Positions 61,878-64,000 of a DNA stretch of 64,000 nt are shown piece after piece; the first letter of the stretch is position 1, and every line of letters starts with the position of its first letter. This DNA is from Fidelibacterota bacterium. GTDB lineage: Bacteria; Fidelibacterota; Fidelibacteria; Fidelibacterales; DSDE01. The translations under genes and the position numbers were made by a program. The stretch is from assembly GCA_046735395.1 (NCBI GenBank), contig JBJKQR010000020.1, forward strand, positions 1 through 64,000. The letters are read 5' to 3'. The notes beneath the pieces were generated by a model. It was not told where the DNA came from, made no database searches, and was given only the letters and a program-made list of their open reading frames with translations.

Positions 61878-61945
61878 TCAATCTCTGAATCGAACGACTC
61901 TCATATACACGCCTGCGGCAATTTGCCGGGGCACTGAAAGACTGG

Positions 61946-62584
61946 GTGTTTCCGCCCCGCTGCCGGGTCTGCGGACGCCATGCCGAATACCGGACCTTTC
62001 TCTGTTCGGACTGCTTCTACAGTTTTATCTACCATAACACCACGCCGGAAATAGCCCTGGCCCATCCGGATCCGCATGTGGAAAGTGTGTATTCGCTGCT
62101 GCTCTTCAATCATGCAGTCCGGGAACTGCTGCATGCCCTGAAATATGAAAATATGCCCTGGGCGGGCCGGTTCTTCGGAACGCTTTTAGGCCATTTTATC
62201 GGACGGACCTATTCGCATCCACTATTAGTTCCCATCCCGCTTCATCCGGTCAAGTTCCGTGAACGGGGCTATAATCAGAGTGTGGAAATCGGCCGGGGCC
62301 TGTGTGAATATTGCTCCTGGTCAATGAACACAGAGATTCTGAAACGCGTGATCTACACCACGACGCAGACGGCCATGAACCGGGATGAACGCAGGACGAA
62401 TATGCTGTCAGCCTTCCGCTGCAGGGAAAAAATATCTCCGGATCAGTTGATCATCCTGATTGATGATGTGTATACGACCGGCGCCACCACATCGGCAGCG
62501 GCAGAGGTGCTCTGGAATGCGGGCGCCCGCTCCATTCACGTGGTGACGGTGGCAACCCCGCTTTTCACGGGAAAAAATGCCTGA
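61946..62584 (+). CDS. comF: ComF family phosphoribosyltransferase-like protein
   Basis: FPPRCRVC...CSDC, PIPLH, RGYNQS, IDDVYTTGAT. Start uncertain. Confidence 0.88.
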   Translation: MFPPRCRVCGRHAEYRTFLCSDCFYSFIYHNTTPEIALAHPDPHVESVYSLLLFNHAVRELLHALKYENMPWAGRFFGTLLGHFIGRTYSHPLLVPIPLHPVKFRERGYNQSVEIGRGLCEYCSWSMNTEILKRVIYTTTQTAMNRDERRTNMLSAFRCREKISPDQLIILIDDVYTTGATTSAAAEVLWNAGARSIHVVTVATPLFTGKNA

Positions 62585-62589
62585 GAAAT

Positions 62590-63612
62590 TTATTTCAGAA
62601 AATTCCGGATAGTCTTGGATACCTTTTTCATTTCCGGTGTAATGCCCAGGTGGCCGCGGTTGTTATTCAGTATCAGCGTCCGGGCATGGAGAATTTTCGC
62701 GAATTGCAGGGGCGGAAGGGGAGAGACGATATGGTCCTGACGGTTGACGATGATCAGCATTTCCGCATGAATGTGGGAAGCCGTTTCCTCCATGCTGTCG
62801 TGGTAATTGCGGGTGATGTTATTATGGATCATGGCTTCCAGCTGCCAGCGGAAGTTGTCAAGAGTATAGGTGGCGCCCAGAGTCGAGCGGATGCCGTCCA
62901 GATAGCTGTCAATTTTTTCATAGGGCGTGCTGAGGCTGCGGTATTCGGGTGTATATACGATCATGTCCTGAAGAAGATTCACATTCTTGATGATGACCGA
63001 ATCGGGCTGGCCGCAGTCTTCGCCTTCATCGATGATGCGGGCCTGGAGTGTCCAACTGAGCCGGTCGCTGGCCGAGGCCCGGGGCGATCCCACCCAGGAT
63101 ACGGCCTTGTCCATGAAATCCGGGTATTCCACGATCCAGTTGAACACCTGCATTCCTCCCATACTGCCGCCGATGACGGCGTGGACATGCCGGATGTGCA
63201 GATTCTGCGTGAGGAGCCGATGCTGACTGTTTACCATATCGGCCAAAGTAAAACGGGGGAAGAGTTTGCCCGGCTGCAGGTCGGAATTGGAGGGCGAGGA
63301 CGATACGCCGTTGCCGAGAGCGTCTATAACAATGACATAATAGCGGCTGCTGTCGATGATGCTGCCGGGTCTGGCTACGTGGCCCACACTTTCGCTGATG
63401 CCTCCGAACCAGGTGGGCATGATGACGATATTGCTGCTGTCTCCGTTGATTACTCCGTATGTGCGATAGCCCACGAAACAGTCTCTGATCACAGTTCCCG
63501 CCTCGGTCTGCAGATCGCCGATGCGGCCGATTTTCTGCTCGGAAGCTGTCAGAGCAGCCCCGATCAGCAGAACAAGGAGTGCAAGTCCCGGAATCCTGTA
63601 TCTTCCCATCAT
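62590..63612 (-). CDS. Exported MetX-like alpha/beta hydrolase
   Basis: Signal peptide, YRTYG, LGNGVSSSPSN, GGSMGGMQ, D and GH near C-terminus. Confidence 0.8.
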   Translation of the reverse strand: MMGRYRIPGLALLVLLIGAALTASEQKIGRIGDLQTEAGTVIRDCFVGYRTYGVINGDSSNIVIMPTWFGGISESVGHVARPGSIIDSSRYYVIVIDALGNGVSSSPSNSDLQPGKLFPRFTLADMVNSQHRLLTQNLHIRHVHAVIGGSMGGMQVFNWIVEYPDFMDKAVSWVGSPRASASDRLSWTLQARIIDEGEDCGQPDSVIIKNVNLLQDMIVYTPEYRSLSTPYEKIDSYLDGIRSTLGATYTLDNFRWQLEAMIHNNITRNYHDSMEETASHIHAEMLIIVNRQDHIVSPLPPLQFAKILHARTLILNNNRGHLGITPEMKKVSKTIRNFLK

Positions 63613-63844
63613 TATAGATATCTCCCGTTTTAGTTTTAGGACAAAGTTAGCAAGTTGTGCAGATGAATTCATTCATAAAAAATGCCATGTCCGTGTGAAT
63701 TCAAAAAGATGAGGACAGATACAGGATCGAAGGCGATTTTGAGTCCGCTTTCACCCGCTGCGGAGCTCCCGGTTTTTAAATTTATCTTCACAATGCTGGC
63801 GGGATTGCGTATCTTTCAAACCCTTTAAAAAGGGTATAAAATTT

Positions 63845-64000
63845 ATGGTAAGCAGGCGTACTTCAATAATTGACCTCGTTTTGATTCTCCTGATGCTTTT
63901 CGGTGGGATATTCCGCTGCGCCCGGCCCACGGATCCGCCGGATCACAGTGGTGATGAACTCCTTATCAGCATTGAAAAGGAGTCGTCCGGTGATCCTGCA
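63845..64000 (+). CDS. Partial exported/lipoprotein ORF (runs off window edge)
   Basis: MVSRRTSIIDLVLILLMLFGGIFRCARP..., open to the end. Confidence 0.5.
   Translation, partial: MVSRRTSIIDLVLILLMLFGGIFRCARPTDPPDHSGDELLISIEKESSGDPA

Noticed and set aside
61889..61946. comF frame open 19 codons upstream without ATG/GTG/TTG
   Set aside because: The GTG at 61946 retains all ComF motifs. There is not enough evidence for a frameshift or non-canonical start.

Overview
Bacterial chromosomal window. The gene set (DUF4835, DUF2851, DUF5687-like permeases, LpxL-type acyltransferase, TolC) suggests a diderm of the FCB superphylum, but this is a weak inference. Most of the window is housekeeping: EF-G paralogue, hisS, tsaC, a trpEG-D-CF-B-A operon with a clear WIWW leader-peptide attenuator, CCA-adding enzyme, a Yip1/TolC/MacAB-like exporter, glgB, ppdK, tmRNA, gatB, coaX, M3 peptidase, ROK kinase and comF. 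The accessory block between ssrA and gatB (about 44.1-56.4 kb) holds the two best signals. (1) An array of structured 86-nt repeats directly after tmRNA surrounds a small GIY-YIG nuclease gene, and the 155-bp units look like internally deleted copies of the repeat+nuclease unit. (2) A ~10-kb minus-strand operon encodes a C39-peptidase ABC exporter, a Yip1 protein, a CxC thioredoxin-like protein, three families of double-glycine-leader hydrophobic two-Cys peptides with an ABC permease (this cassette is tandemly duplicated and diverged), an ABC ATPase and two peptidoglycan-hydrolase-like lipoproteins. No modifying enzymes or HlyD gene are present in that operon. Family calls come from motif recognition by eye; no database search was run.
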